Shown here: piece after piece, positions 17,370 to 26,718 of the stretch | Layout: every line of letters begins with the position of its first letter | How positions within the stretch are numbered: the stretch's first letter is position 1 | Source of the DNA: an uncultured Candidatus Saccharibacteria bacterium | GTDB taxonomy: Bacteria > Patescibacteriota > Minisyncoccia > Minisyncoccales > PWPS01 | Direction of reading: 5' to 3' | Assembly: GCA_964460255.1 (NCBI GenBank) | Contig: CAYWPY010000001.1 | Location: 1-56,576 of the forward strand | Length of the DNA: 56,576 bases | Notes under the pieces: model-generated | What the model was told of the DNA's origin: nothing | What the model saw: only the letters and a program-made list of their open reading frames with translations | Database searches by the model: none | Made by a program: the position numbers and the translations under genes

Positions 17370-18886
17370 AATTTAGACCCGGCTTTTTTAATCCTTTTAA
17401 TCGATTCTTCCCTACCCAATATATAACTTACTGCAAATGGTCCGGCACTTGCCTTTTTTCCGGTTAAAGCAGCTCTTAAGGGCCATAAAAACCTCCCTCT
17501 ATCATCCCAATTGTTTGCCATCTCTAATAATTTCTCACTAACACTTTCTTTATTCCAATTTTCTATATTAGACAATACTTCTATCGCTTTATCAAGTGAT
17601 TCCTTTATTTCTTGATCAGTCATCTCTTTCCATTTGAGTAAGTCGGGATCAACATCTATTTTGTCGAAAAAGAAATCGGAAACTTCCACAATTTCAGCTA
17701 ATAATTTAATTCTGTCTTGATGCTCTTTTACTAATTCTTCTATCTGCCAAAATGAAAATGGTCTTCCATCTTTGGTTTTGTAATTTATCTTCAAGCTTTC
17801 ACCACCAATTGCCGCCGGTTGCTGATCCGATTCGTATCCGGGAGTTAAATAACCCTCTTCAATTAAATAAGGAATGCAAAGCTTTGCTATTCGTTCCGGA
17901 TCTGCCTTTTTTAAATGTAAAGTGTTTATGTATTCTAACTTTTCTTTATCAAAAACTGCTCCCGCTTTCTTACAGCGCTTAATATCAAATTCTTTTTCCA
18001 ATTCTTTTAAAGTGAAAAACTCTCGATCATCTCCCGGACTCCAACCCAAAAGAGCTAAGAAATTAACTAACGCTTCGGGAAGAAATCCTTCTTCTTTAAA
18101 TTCGGAAACGGAAACCGCTCCGAATCTTTTGGAAAGCTTTGATTTATCCGGTGCTAAAATTAAAGGTAAATGAGCGTAATTAATGGAATCAAAATTTAAA
18201 GCTCTCTGAAGCAAAATTTGCTTCGGGGTATTCGAAATATGATCCTCCCCCCTAATCACATCACTAATTTTCATTTTGTAATCATCCACAACACAGGCTA
18301 AATTGTAAAGCGGTTCATCTAAATTTTTAGCAATTACAAAATCTCCAATTAAATCAGTTTTTACACTCACCTCTCCCCTAATTTTATCCAAAAACGTAAC
18401 TTCCTCTCCGGGATTAATTTTAAATCTAATTACGAAATCATCACCGTTTTCCATTCTTTTTTCCGCCTCTTTTTTGGAAATACTGCGACAAGTTCCTTTG
18501 TAGATGGGGGCTTCTCCTTTTTCTCGTTGCTCTTCCCTTTCTTTTTCCAATTTTTCTTGACTGCAAAAACAAGGGTAAGCTTTTTCTTCTTCCATTAGTT
18601 TTTTTATGTATTCTTTATATAAATCAGTCCTCTCACTTTGTCTGTATGGGCCTCTTTTTCCTTTTTTACCCGGGCCTTCGTCATATTCCAAACCCAACCA
18701 TTCTAAGCTTTCTATAATATTTTCTTCATAATCTTTTTTTGATCTTTCTTTATCCGTATCTTCTATTCTAAGAATAAATTTACCATTTTTATTTTTGGCG
18801 TATAGATAATTAAAAAGAGCTGTTCTAACGGAACCAACGTGGAAAAACCCGGTCGGTGATGGGGCGAATCTTACTCTTATTTTCAT
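17366..18886 (-). CDS. gltX: glutamyl-tRNA synthetase
   Basis: Class I HIGH region (PSPTGFFHVGSVRTA) and KMSKS as KLSKR. 506 aa. Confidence 0.95.
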   Translation of the reverse strand: MKIRVRFAPSPTGFFHVGSVRTALFNYLYAKNKNGKFILRIEDTDKERSKKDYEENIIESLEWLGLEYDEGPGKKGKRGPYRQSERTDLYKEYIKKLMEEEKAYPCFCSQEKLEKEREEQREKGEAPIYKGTCRSISKKEAEKRMENGDDFVIRFKINPGEEVTFLDKIRGEVSVKTDLIGDFVIAKNLDEPLYNLACVVDDYKMKISDVIRGEDHISNTPKQILLQRALNFDSINYAHLPLILAPDKSKLSKRFGAVSVSEFKEEGFLPEALVNFLALLGWSPGDDREFFTLKELEKEFDIKRCKKAGAVFDKEKLEYINTLHLKKADPERIAKLCIPYLIEEGYLTPGYESDQQPAAIGGESLKINYKTKDGRPFSFWQIEELVKEHQDRIKLLAEIVEVSDFFFDKIDVDPDLLKWKEMTDQEIKESLDKAIEVLSNIENWNKESVSEKLLEMANNWDDRGRFLWPLRAALTGKKASAGPFAVSYILGREESIKRIKKAGSKL

Positions 18887-18915
18887 GTTTTTTAAGTGTT
18901 TATCGTTTTAATAAT

Positions 18916-20049
18916 TTATTGAATTAAAAACTCTTTAATGTAAGCCGCTAAAATACGGCCGGCATCAGGTTTAGCAAATTGTTTGCTGTTTTTTTTCATT
19001 TCCTCTAACTGTTCGGGTAGAGAAAATAATGACTTAATTCTTTCTAAAAAGAAGTGTGGTGTCAAATTTTCTTCCTCCATAACAATTGCCGCTCCTTTAC
19101 TCGCTACTCGATAAGCGTTTTCCGCTTGATGATTCTGAGCCGCCTCCGGAAGAGGTATTAAAATACTGGGCTTGTTGTTGGCTAGTATCTCAAATATAGT
19201 ACCCGCTCCCGCTCTGGAAACTATCAAATCAGCTACAGCATAGGCATCTTTAAGTTCATTCTGATTAAAAAATGAAAAAGGATGATAAAATTTTTCCGTA
19301 TCTTGTCTTAACATTGCCTGACTCTCACTCTTTACTTGTTCATTATTTTTTTGTCCGGTAATGTGAATTATTTCGTAACTTTCTAAAAGCTGAGGTAAAA
19401 TTGCTAAAATGGTATCGTTAATTCGTATTGATCCTTGAGATCCTCCCATAACTAAAATTATCGGCTTACCTCCTTGTAAGTCAAATCTTTTTTCTGCCTC
19501 TACTTTACTTCCTGTGATTAATTCTTTTCTAATCGGATTTCCAATTACGAATTTCTTATCCGGCTTTATTCCTTTTGTTTTTTGGAATGCGACAAATATC
19601 TCCGTTGCAAATTTAGAAACAATTCTATTTGCTAATCCCGGTGTAGCATCGGACTCATGTAGAATAATCGGAATCTGCATTATTTTACCGGCAATAACTA
19701 CCGGAACCGAACCGTAACCACCTTTCGAAAAAATTAAATCCGGAGAAATCTTAAAAATATGAATAATCGATTGAATTATGCCGATCGGTATTTTAAATAA
19801 ATCAATTAGGTTAAGTAAAATAGAAAGAGGAGTAAAATATCTTCGCAATTTTCCCGCTAAAATATATCTGGTTTCCAAACCTTCTTCAGTAAAACTAAAT
19901 TCGGGAATGCTATCTTTAGGAGCAACATAAAATAACTCTAATTGTCTATCTTTCGGAAATTGTTTCTTCAGATTTCTAATCACCGAAACTAAAGGAAAAA
20001 CATGACCTCCTGTTCCGCCGCCGGTAAATATTACTTTGTTTTCTTTCAT
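18916..20049 (-). CDS. murG: undecaprenyl-PP-MurNAc-pentapeptide GlcNAc transferase MurG
   Basis: GGGTGGHVFP N-terminus and GT28 C-terminal region (GGSQGS, SRAGAGT). Position downstream of ftsW. Confidence 0.93.
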   Translation of the reverse strand: MKENKVIFTGGGTGGHVFPLVSVIRNLKKQFPKDRQLELFYVAPKDSIPEFSFTEEGLETRYILAGKLRRYFTPLSILLNLIDLFKIPIGIIQSIIHIFKISPDLIFSKGGYGSVPVVIAGKIMQIPIILHESDATPGLANRIVSKFATEIFVAFQKTKGIKPDKKFVIGNPIRKELITGSKVEAEKRFDLQGGKPIILVMGGSQGSIRINDTILAILPQLLESYEIIHITGQKNNEQVKSESQAMLRQDTEKFYHPFSFFNQNELKDAYAVADLIVSRAGAGTIFEILANNKPSILIPLPEAAQNHQAENAYRVASKGAAIVMEEENLTPHFFLERIKSLFSLPEQLEEMKKNSKQFAKPDAGRILAAYIKEFLIQ

Positions 20050-20065
20050 AATTGTAATTAATTAA

Positions 20066-21163
20066 TTAAGATTTCGAAATGTTTAATAAAATCCCCAAAG
20101 CAGCCAATTCGGTAATAAAATGGGATCTTCCTTGACTTATAAAGGGAAGTGGAATTCCGGTAATCGGCAGGATTCCACTCATTGCGCCAATATGAATAAA
20201 GGCTTGAAAAAAAATCCAAAAACTTATTCCTACCGCCATTAAACTCATAAAGGGATCCCTTTTTTCTTTACTGATTTTAAAGCAGCGCCAGGAAAAAAAT
20301 AGGAATAAAATTATCAGCAATAAACTTCCAACGAATCCGGCTTCTTCAGCATAAGCGGCAAATATTGAATCGCTTTCCGGAATTGGTAAAAAATATTTCT
20401 GGTTCCCCATTCCGAATCCGGCCCCTAACAAACCTCCGGAACCAATTGCGATCAGTGCTTGTTTAGCTTGATGAGGTAGTTCCTTTAATTCAATAATATA
20501 TCTAAACAGATCCTTAACTCGTTGTAACCTGTAATCGGAAAATAAAATAAATAAAGCAAAAAGAGGACCTCCGGTAACGATCAAAGTTAAAATATGAGAT
20601 AAGGGGGTTTGATCAGCAAAATAAATTGAAAAACCGGAAAGAATAATGACTAATAAAGTACTTAAATCGGATTGAAGCCACATTAATCCAACCACAATTA
20701 AAGATACAAATATAAAAGCTAAAAAATATTTTTTATCTTTCTTATCTTCTTTGCTTGATAACCAACTGGCTAAATAAAGAATAAAGGTCAGTTTTAAAAA
20801 CTCAGCCGGTTGAATGGTAATTCCTCCCAAACTAATCCATCTACTTGCTCCCCTCACTTCAACTCCCAACCCGGGAACAAAAACTAGAATATTTAAAATT
20901 AAATTTAAAAAAAGTAAATGGGGAGCATACTTTTTCATTAAATCCAGAGGGATTTTATAAGCAATAAAAGCAATTACCAGCCCCGGTAAGAAACCGAAAA
21001 GAAACTGTTTAGTTATTGCCCCAAATAAATTAAGAGCTCCTTCTTCAGTAGAATTAGCAATTACTCCCATCGAAACACTGGTAAAAATAAGGAAGCCGAA
21101 CAGAAGTATTAATCCGGTACTAATTATTAAACTATAATCAATTTTCTCAGTCTTTTTTGGCAT
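20066..21163 (-). CDS. ftsW: SEDS-family peptidoglycan polymerase FtsW
   Basis: 365 aa with about 10 TM segments. Located between murD and murG. Confidence 0.88.
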   Translation of the reverse strand: MPKKTEKIDYSLIISTGLILLFGFLIFTSVSMGVIANSTEEGALNLFGAITKQFLFGFLPGLVIAFIAYKIPLDLMKKYAPHLLFLNLILNILVFVPGLGVEVRGASRWISLGGITIQPAEFLKLTFILYLASWLSSKEDKKDKKYFLAFIFVSLIVVGLMWLQSDLSTLLVIILSGFSIYFADQTPLSHILTLIVTGGPLFALFILFSDYRLQRVKDLFRYIIELKELPHQAKQALIAIGSGGLLGAGFGMGNQKYFLPIPESDSIFAAYAEEAGFVGSLLLIILFLFFSWRCFKISKEKRDPFMSLMAVGISFWIFFQAFIHIGAMSGILPITGIPLPFISQGRSHFITELAALGILLNISKS

Positions 21164-22388
21164 GCTTATTTACATAAAACTTAAATTGCTCACCTCTATC
21201 TTTATAATTTTTAAACATATTAAAACTGGAAGAAGCCGGAGAAAGAAGACAAGATTTATATTTTTCAGTAAATGAGTAAGATAACTCCACTGCTTGCTCC
21301 ATATTAGAAACTTCTTTTACATTCAGCTTTCCCGTATTTAATCCTTTTTTTATCTTTTTTCCCGTCTCCGGAAATAAAATTACGTTTTTGATACCGCTTT
21401 CATTTATTTTAGAGGCAAGGAGCTCGTAATCGCCCCCCTTGTCAACGCCACCAACAATAATGGTATCCAAGTCACTAATATTTTTAATCGCTTCTACTGC
21501 CGCCTCCGGGATTGTGGAAGCAGAATCATTATAAAATTTTATTTTTTTATATTCTCCAATAAATTCAAGTCGATGAGATAACTTTTCAGTTTGACCTATT
21601 GCTTTTAATGCCTGTTTTTTATTTATATCAAATAAAGCGGCTGTTTTTAAAATTGGGTCCAAATAGACGGCTGAATTATTTATTCTTTTTTTGGGATTAA
21701 AAGGTATCTTTTGAGCTGAAGAATCTGCAACCAACTTTAAAACATTAGGGTCTTCCTCATTATATATTAATTTATCATCTTTTTTTTGAAATTTTAAAAT
21801 ATTTTTTTTAGCTTGAAGATAGGAAGAAAAACTTTTATGTTGATCCAAATGATCTCTAAAAATATTTAAAATAATTGCTATTTCCGGACTCTTGGTTACC
21901 GTTTGTAATTGAAAACTGGAAAGCTCATAAATAAAGATTGCTTCTTTATCTAAATAACTCAAAGCCGGTTGACCTATATTACCAACTAAATGAACTTTAA
22001 ATCCATTTTCTTTTAAAATCTTATAAATTGTCAAGCAGGTAGAGCTCTTCCCCTTTGTTCCCGTTACTCCGATTACTTTTCCTTTTGTTAATTTTAAGAA
22101 TATATCCGCTTGGCAAGTTATTTTTTTATCTTTAAATTTATCTAATTTTTTTAAAGGAATGCCGGGAGTTTTTATTATAACTTGATATTTTTCTACCGAA
22201 TTCAAGTAATTTGGACCAAAATAAGTCTTTACGTTTGAATCTTTAATTTCTTTTTCCTTAACATCAGCAACACCTATCTCCTTCTTTGGAAATTTTAATC
22301 TCAAATATCTTAAAGTATCTTTCCCTTCTTCTCCGTAACCTAAAACTAATATTTTATTTTTTTCTAGTTCTTTAAGCATTTTAATCAA
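21147..22388 (-). CDS. murD: UDP-N-acetylmuramoylalanine--D-glutamate ligase MurD
   Basis: Mur ligase P-loop GVTGTKGKSST and N-terminal Rossmann-like ILVLGYGEEGKD. Order mraY-murD-ftsW. Confidence 0.9.
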   Translation of the reverse strand: MIKMLKELEKNKILVLGYGEEGKDTLRYLRLKFPKKEIGVADVKEKEIKDSNVKTYFGPNYLNSVEKYQVIIKTPGIPLKKLDKFKDKKITCQADIFLKLTKGKVIGVTGTKGKSSTCLTIYKILKENGFKVHLVGNIGQPALSYLDKEAIFIYELSSFQLQTVTKSPEIAIILNIFRDHLDQHKSFSSYLQAKKNILKFQKKDDKLIYNEEDPNVLKLVADSSAQKIPFNPKKRINNSAVYLDPILKTAALFDINKKQALKAIGQTEKLSHRLEFIGEYKKIKFYNDSASTIPEAAVEAIKNISDLDTIIVGGVDKGGDYELLASKINESGIKNVILFPETGKKIKKGLNTGKLNVKEVSNMEQAVELSYSFTEKYKSCLLSPASSSFNMFKNYKDRGEQFKFYVNKHAKKD

Positions 22389-23489
22389 TTAACCCATTAA
22401 ACGAAAAACAACTCCCAAAATAGCCGCAATAATTCCAATAATCCAAAACCTCATAGTGACTTTGTAAGCCGGCCAACCCAAGGCTTCAAAATGATGATGA
22501 ATCGGAGCCGCTAAAAATACTTTTTTCTTAAGAAATTTTTTGGATAAAAGTTGAATAATTACCGATCCCGATTCAAGGACCAATAAAATAGCGATAAGAG
22601 GTAAAACAATCACCGAATCAGTCAGAAAAGCAATCACCGTCAAAGTAGTGGTTAAACCCAAAATTCCGGTTTCTCCCATATAAAACCTGGCGGGAGGAAT
22701 ATTGAACCAAAGAAAAGCTAAAATAGTTCCGACAATTACCAGGCAAAATGCAGCTAAATTAATCATTCCAATTTCCAAGGCAATAAACGTAAAAGCGGTA
22801 AAAATGGAGGCAAAAACTCCACCGGAAAGACCATCCAAACCATCAATTACACTACCACTGTAAGTTGCCAACATAACTAAAATAAAGAAGGGAATAAAAA
22901 ATATTCCCAAATAAAATTCCCCAAAGAAAGGTATAAAAACGGAATCCATTTCCAACCGGTAGTAAAACCACCAACTTCCAATCATTCCAATTAGGGTAAC
23001 CAAAAATATTCTATACTTAAGGCTTAAACCTCCACCGATATAACGCTTCATCTTTCTAAAGAGAAGCTTTAAAAAGCGATTGGTGGGACTTTTTATTACT
23101 TGAAGTAAATCATCAATTAATCCCACTAAAGAGGCAAAAACCAAAGTGAAGAGAGGAAGCCAGGTTTGACTTCTGCTCAAAAAATTTAATTTTTGCAACC
23201 AATAACTATCCGTAAATCCAGAAATAAGTAAAAACAAAAAGGATAAAAATAAAACCGGAACCCATATTAAGAGACCTCCCAAGCGAGGAACATTTACCTC
23301 TTTTTCCGAATGATACTTAACAAATACTTTAAGTTCTTTTCCGTCAATCCCCGTCTTTCTAACCTTATTTTTCCATAATTCATGTTTATACAAAAAATTA
23401 GTCAAAGCGGGGGTAAATAAAAAAGTTACCAGAAATGAAAAAGTTCCCAATAAAAATATCTTAGTGACGTTAAAAATTGCTGGATCCAT
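22389..23489 (-). CDS. mraY: phospho-N-acetylmuramoyl-pentapeptide transferase MraY
   Basis: 366-aa polytopic protein with MraY motifs (GLIDDLLQV, NIPPARFYMGETG, PIHHHFE). Confidence 0.93.
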   Translation of the reverse strand: MDPAIFNVTKIFLLGTFSFLVTFLFTPALTNFLYKHELWKNKVRKTGIDGKELKVFVKYHSEKEVNVPRLGGLLIWVPVLFLSFLFLLISGFTDSYWLQKLNFLSRSQTWLPLFTLVFASLVGLIDDLLQVIKSPTNRFLKLLFRKMKRYIGGGLSLKYRIFLVTLIGMIGSWWFYYRLEMDSVFIPFFGEFYLGIFFIPFFILVMLATYSGSVIDGLDGLSGGVFASIFTAFTFIALEIGMINLAAFCLVIVGTILAFLWFNIPPARFYMGETGILGLTTTLTVIAFLTDSVIVLPLIAILLVLESGSVIIQLLSKKFLKKKVFLAAPIHHHFEALGWPAYKVTMRFWIIGIIAAILGVVFRLMG

Positions 23490-23494
23490 ACTTT

Positions 23495-24517
23495 TTAATT
23501 AAAATTATAAGCTTTTTCGGTCCAATTAATTAGTTTTTCCATTTCTTTGAATCTTTCCTCTCTTCCCTCGGCACCCAATATTATGTTTATCATATACCCA
23601 TCACTACTTTCATCCTCCAAAACAATCATTAAACAACCTCCGGCAGAATAAGTAAACCCGGTTTTCCCGGCAATTATTCTTTGTTGCCAATCCGGTCTTT
23701 GACCATTAAAATAAGAGCCATCAATAAACTTATTAGTTGTTTTCACAGTATAATGGACAGTTGAGTTTTTAGAGCTTAATTGATATTGATCTTTTTTTAA
23801 AATATCTCTCAAAGTCGGTACTTCCAAGATTTTTCGTATTAATTTAGTCAAATCTCGAGCAGTCGATAAATTTGTTCCTTTTTCATTATCTAATCCACTC
23901 GGGTTATAATACTTAGTCCTATTCATTCCTATTTCCTGAGCTGTTGAGTTCATAAAACCTACAAAATCATCAAAACTAATTTCTTCGGGGGCAATAGCTG
24001 CAGCATAGGCCCCACTATTATTCGACTCAATCAAAAGCGGATGTAGTAACTCCCGAAAAGTAGTAGTTGAAAAAATTCTTAAATCGCTTAAATGCGAGTC
24101 GTTAAAATAAACTGAATCTGAAATTCCGATTTCTCGATTTAAATCATAATTTTCGTAAATTACAAAAGCTGTCATTAATTTCGTCAAACTGGCCATCGGA
24201 AGTTGCTTATTTCTATTTCTGCTGAAAAGAACATCTTCTTCACCGTCTTTTACATAGACGGAGTAAGCTGCTTCGGAATTAATATCCGGCTCTTTAACCC
24301 CTTCTACTCTTTCCACTAAATTATAATAATCCAAAGTAGAAACCTCTCTCTCGTGAATTTTAACACTTTCTTTTTCTTTGCTTTCACCGGAATAGATCCA
24401 TCTGGTTAATGAAAACAAAATTAAGAAAAGAAGAGATAAAAATAAAGATATTTTAATTAATTTATTCTTTTTCATTTTCAATCTTTTCCTTATCAATTTT
24501 AATATGTAACTCTTCAA
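23495..24517 (-). CDS. D-alanyl-D-alanine carboxypeptidase (S11, PBP5-like)
   Basis: SxxK (ASLTKLM), SxN (ESNNSG), KTG (GKTGFT) and an N-terminal membrane anchor. The alternative start ATG 24475 (MKKNKLIK...) would reduce the overlap with aspS. Confidence 0.85.
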   Translation of the reverse strand: MKSYILKLIRKRLKMKKNKLIKISLFLSLLFLILFSLTRWIYSGESKEKESVKIHEREVSTLDYYNLVERVEGVKEPDINSEAAYSVYVKDGEEDVLFSRNRNKQLPMASLTKLMTAFVIYENYDLNREIGISDSVYFNDSHLSDLRIFSTTTFRELLHPLLIESNNSGAYAAAIAPEEISFDDFVGFMNSTAQEIGMNRTKYYNPSGLDNEKGTNLSTARDLTKLIRKILEVPTLRDILKKDQYQLSSKNSTVHYTVKTTNKFIDGSYFNGQRPDWQQRIIAGKTGFTYSAGGCLMIVLEDESSDGYMINIILGAEGREERFKEMEKLINWTEKAYNFN

Positions 24518-25853
24518 GTTGTTCTTCAGTTATATCCTTAGAAGGAGTATCCATTGTTAATCCTCGCCCATCGCCTGTCTTGGGAAAGGCCATAACTTCA
24601 CGAATATTATCCTCGCCCAGTAAAATCATTAAAAATCTTTCAAACCCAAAAGCAATTCCCCCATGAGGAGGAGCACCATACTTAAATGCTTCCAATAAAT
24701 GACCGAATTTTTTTCTAATATCTTCTTTTTTGTGACCTAAAACTTCAAATACCGCTTCTAAAATTCGAGGATCAAAAGATCTCAAACTTCCTCCTCCTAT
24801 TTCTTCTCCATTTAAGACAAGATCATATTGATAAGAAGTAATTTTCTCCGGATTTTTCTTTATTTCTTCCGGATCATTTTCTCTTGTTTGAGTAAAGGGG
24901 TGATGTTCAGAGGTATATCCGTCTTCGGTTTTTTCAAACATCGGAAAATCAATTATAAAAGCAAAAGCTAATTCGTCTTCTTTTTCACTAAGATCAGGAG
25001 AATCACTACCCCACTTTTCAATTGCTTCCTTATATGGGATACGCGGAAAAGGTGTTTCTTTTATCTTTTTCTCGGGAAAAATATTTTTTACTACTTTAAT
25101 AAACATCTCTTCTACCAGGTTTAAAATTTCATCCCGAGACATAAAAGAAACTTCCATATCAAGTTGAGTAAATTCAGCTTGCCGATCAGCTCGAATGTCT
25201 TCATCTCGAAAACATCTTGCAAATTGAAAATAACGCTCAACTCCTCCAACCATTAAGAGCTGTTTATACTGTTGAGGGCTCTGTGGTAAGGCGTAAAAAG
25301 CTCCCGGTTGTTTTCTGGAGGGGACTAAAAAATCACGAGCTCCTTCCGGAGTTGATTTAGTTAAAATTGGTGTTTCAATCTCGATAAAATCTCTTTCGGA
25401 TAAAAAGTTTCTAAAAAAATGAGCAACTTGGTGTCTTTTTTTTAAATTATTTTGCATTCTTTTCCTTCTGATATCCAAATATCTGTATTTCATTCTTAAT
25501 TCTTCATTAACATCTCTCCCTTGATCATTAATTATAAAAGGCGGGGTTTTTGATTTGGATATTATTTTAAGATCAGAAGCTTTAAGCTCAACTGAACCGG
25601 TGACGATATCTTCATTGAACATACTTTCCGGCCTTGCTTTCACCATACCCTTTATTTCTAATACCGATTCTTTTTTTACATCCTCAACATTTTTCAATTC
25701 AGTGGGATCCACTACTACTTGAATCAAACCCGACCTATCCCTTAAGTCCAAAAAGGTTATTTTCCCGTGAGCCCTAATGGAATCAACCCATCCGGAAATT
25801 AAAACTTCCTTCCCAACTTTGTTTACCGTTTCTCTGTTTAAAATTCTTTTCAT
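24462..25853 (-). CDS. aspS: aspartyl-tRNA synthetase, bacterial-type core without the GAD insertion domain
   Basis: N-terminal OB fold. Motif 2 region FYALPQSPQQYKQLLMVGGVERYFQFARCFRDEDIRADRQAEFTQLDME and motif 3 GGIAFGFERFLM. Only 12 residues separate GSDSPDL from IDFPMFE. Confidence 0.95.
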   Translation of the reverse strand: MKRILNRETVNKVGKEVLISGWVDSIRAHGKITFLDLRDRSGLIQVVVDPTELKNVEDVKKESVLEIKGMVKARPESMFNEDIVTGSVELKASDLKIISKSKTPPFIINDQGRDVNEELRMKYRYLDIRRKRMQNNLKKRHQVAHFFRNFLSERDFIEIETPILTKSTPEGARDFLVPSRKQPGAFYALPQSPQQYKQLLMVGGVERYFQFARCFRDEDIRADRQAEFTQLDMEVSFMSRDEILNLVEEMFIKVVKNIFPEKKIKETPFPRIPYKEAIEKWGSDSPDLSEKEDELAFAFIIDFPMFEKTEDGYTSEHHPFTQTRENDPEEIKKNPEKITSYQYDLVLNGEEIGGGSLRSFDPRILEAVFEVLGHKKEDIRKKFGHLLEAFKYGAPPHGGIAFGFERFLMILLGEDNIREVMAFPKTGDGRGLTMDTPSKDITEEQLEELHIKIDKEKIENEKE

Positions 25854-25855
25854 TT

Positions 25856-26221
25856 TTATAAATATTTTATTGATTTTTCTACTATCTCTCTTGGAGTATT
25901 ATTCGTTTTTATTAAATAATCTTTAGCTCCGAGCTTTGAAGCTTCTTCTCTTGACTCTTGGTCATTATAATTTGAAAAAGCAACCACGGTTACCTCAGAA
26001 ATCGGATCGCTCAATTCTCTTAATTGTCTTAAAAAAGATATTCCCGTTTCTCCGGGGAGTAAAATATCCAACAAAACCAAATCAGGCTTTATTTCTCTAA
26101 CAACTTCAAGAGCTTGATTAACGTTGGAAGCCAATGTAACTTCGTAATTCTGAGATTCAAAAACCTCTTTATACATTTGAGCTAAAGTTTTTTCATCTTC
26201 GATTATTAAAATTTTTGACAT
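25856..26221 (-). CDS. stand-alone response regulator receiver domain (CheY-like)
   Basis: 121 aa. Acidic pocket IIEDE, phospho-acceptor region LLDILLPG, conserved VAFSN and YLIKT. No output domain. Confidence 0.85.
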   Translation of the reverse strand: MSKILIIEDEKTLAQMYKEVFESQNYEVTLASNVNQALEVVREIKPDLVLLDILLPGETGISFLRQLRELSDPISEVTVVAFSNYNDQESREEASKLGAKDYLIKTNNTPREIVEKSIKYL

Positions 26222-26271
26222 ATTAATTAAATTTGAATTTTTTTAATTATACTAAAATAAGTAAAAATTAC

Positions 26272-26301
26272 AAAAAAAAAGAGTGCTTATTTTTAGCACT
26301 C
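26272..26301 (-). terminator. rho-independent terminator
   Basis: The minus strand reads GAGTGCT-AAAAATA-AGCACTC followed by a run of 9 T. The stem overlaps the stop codon of the 26293..26661 gene. Confidence 0.7.
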
Positions 26302-26661
26302 CTCTTTACTGATCTTGAATAAAAAATTAGCCAATCTTATTGCTTCCAACTGTAAAACTGATAAATTCTTATAATCCATTACCGGTTTAAGTAACCATTT
26401 TTTACTTGCCACATTTAAGCTGATAGCCCATTCAATATGATGACCCAAGTTATAAATCTTAATCAGATCAAAAAGAGTATCCAAATCTTTTTCTAAAACG
26501 GCAACCCAAGGAAAGTGATAACGAGAAGTCATCCAGCCGTCGGAATGTCCTTGACAACTGGCTGTGGTTTTAATATTTAATTGATTTAAAGCAATTACCA
26601 GTGGTAAAATCTTAAAATCGATATCGTTAAGATCAACTGAAAATATGGATTCTTCTTCCAT
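26293..26661 (-). CDS. hypothetical protein (122 aa), independently transcribed
   Basis: ATG 26661 lies 7 nt after AGGAGG. The ORF-track start 26685 falls inside the predicted -10 box. No family recognised. Confidence 0.6.
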   Translation of the reverse strand: MEEESIFSVDLNDIDFKILPLVIALNQLNIKTTASCQGHSDGWMTSRYHFPWVAVLEKDLDTLFDLIKIYNLGHHIEWAISLNVASKKWLLKPVMDYKNLSVLQLEAIRLANFLFKISKEEC

Positions 26662-26683
26662 AAATGCTCCTCCTTTCTCTTTC

Positions 26684-26711
26684 ACTATACAATCAAAAAA
26701 TAAAATGTCAA
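26684..26711 (-). promoter_or_regulatory. promoter candidate
   Basis: On the minus strand: TTGACA (26711-26706), 16-nt spacer, TATAGT (26689-26684). Confidence 0.5.
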
Positions 26712-26718
26712 CTAAGAG

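Noticed and set aside
26281-26301. GAGTGCT...AGCACTC inverted repeat containing CIRCE-like half-site sequence
   Set aside because: The half sites are in the wrong order and spacing for CIRCE (7-nt loop, arms swapped). The repeat overlaps a stop codon and is followed on the minus strand by 9 T. It is a rho-independent terminator.
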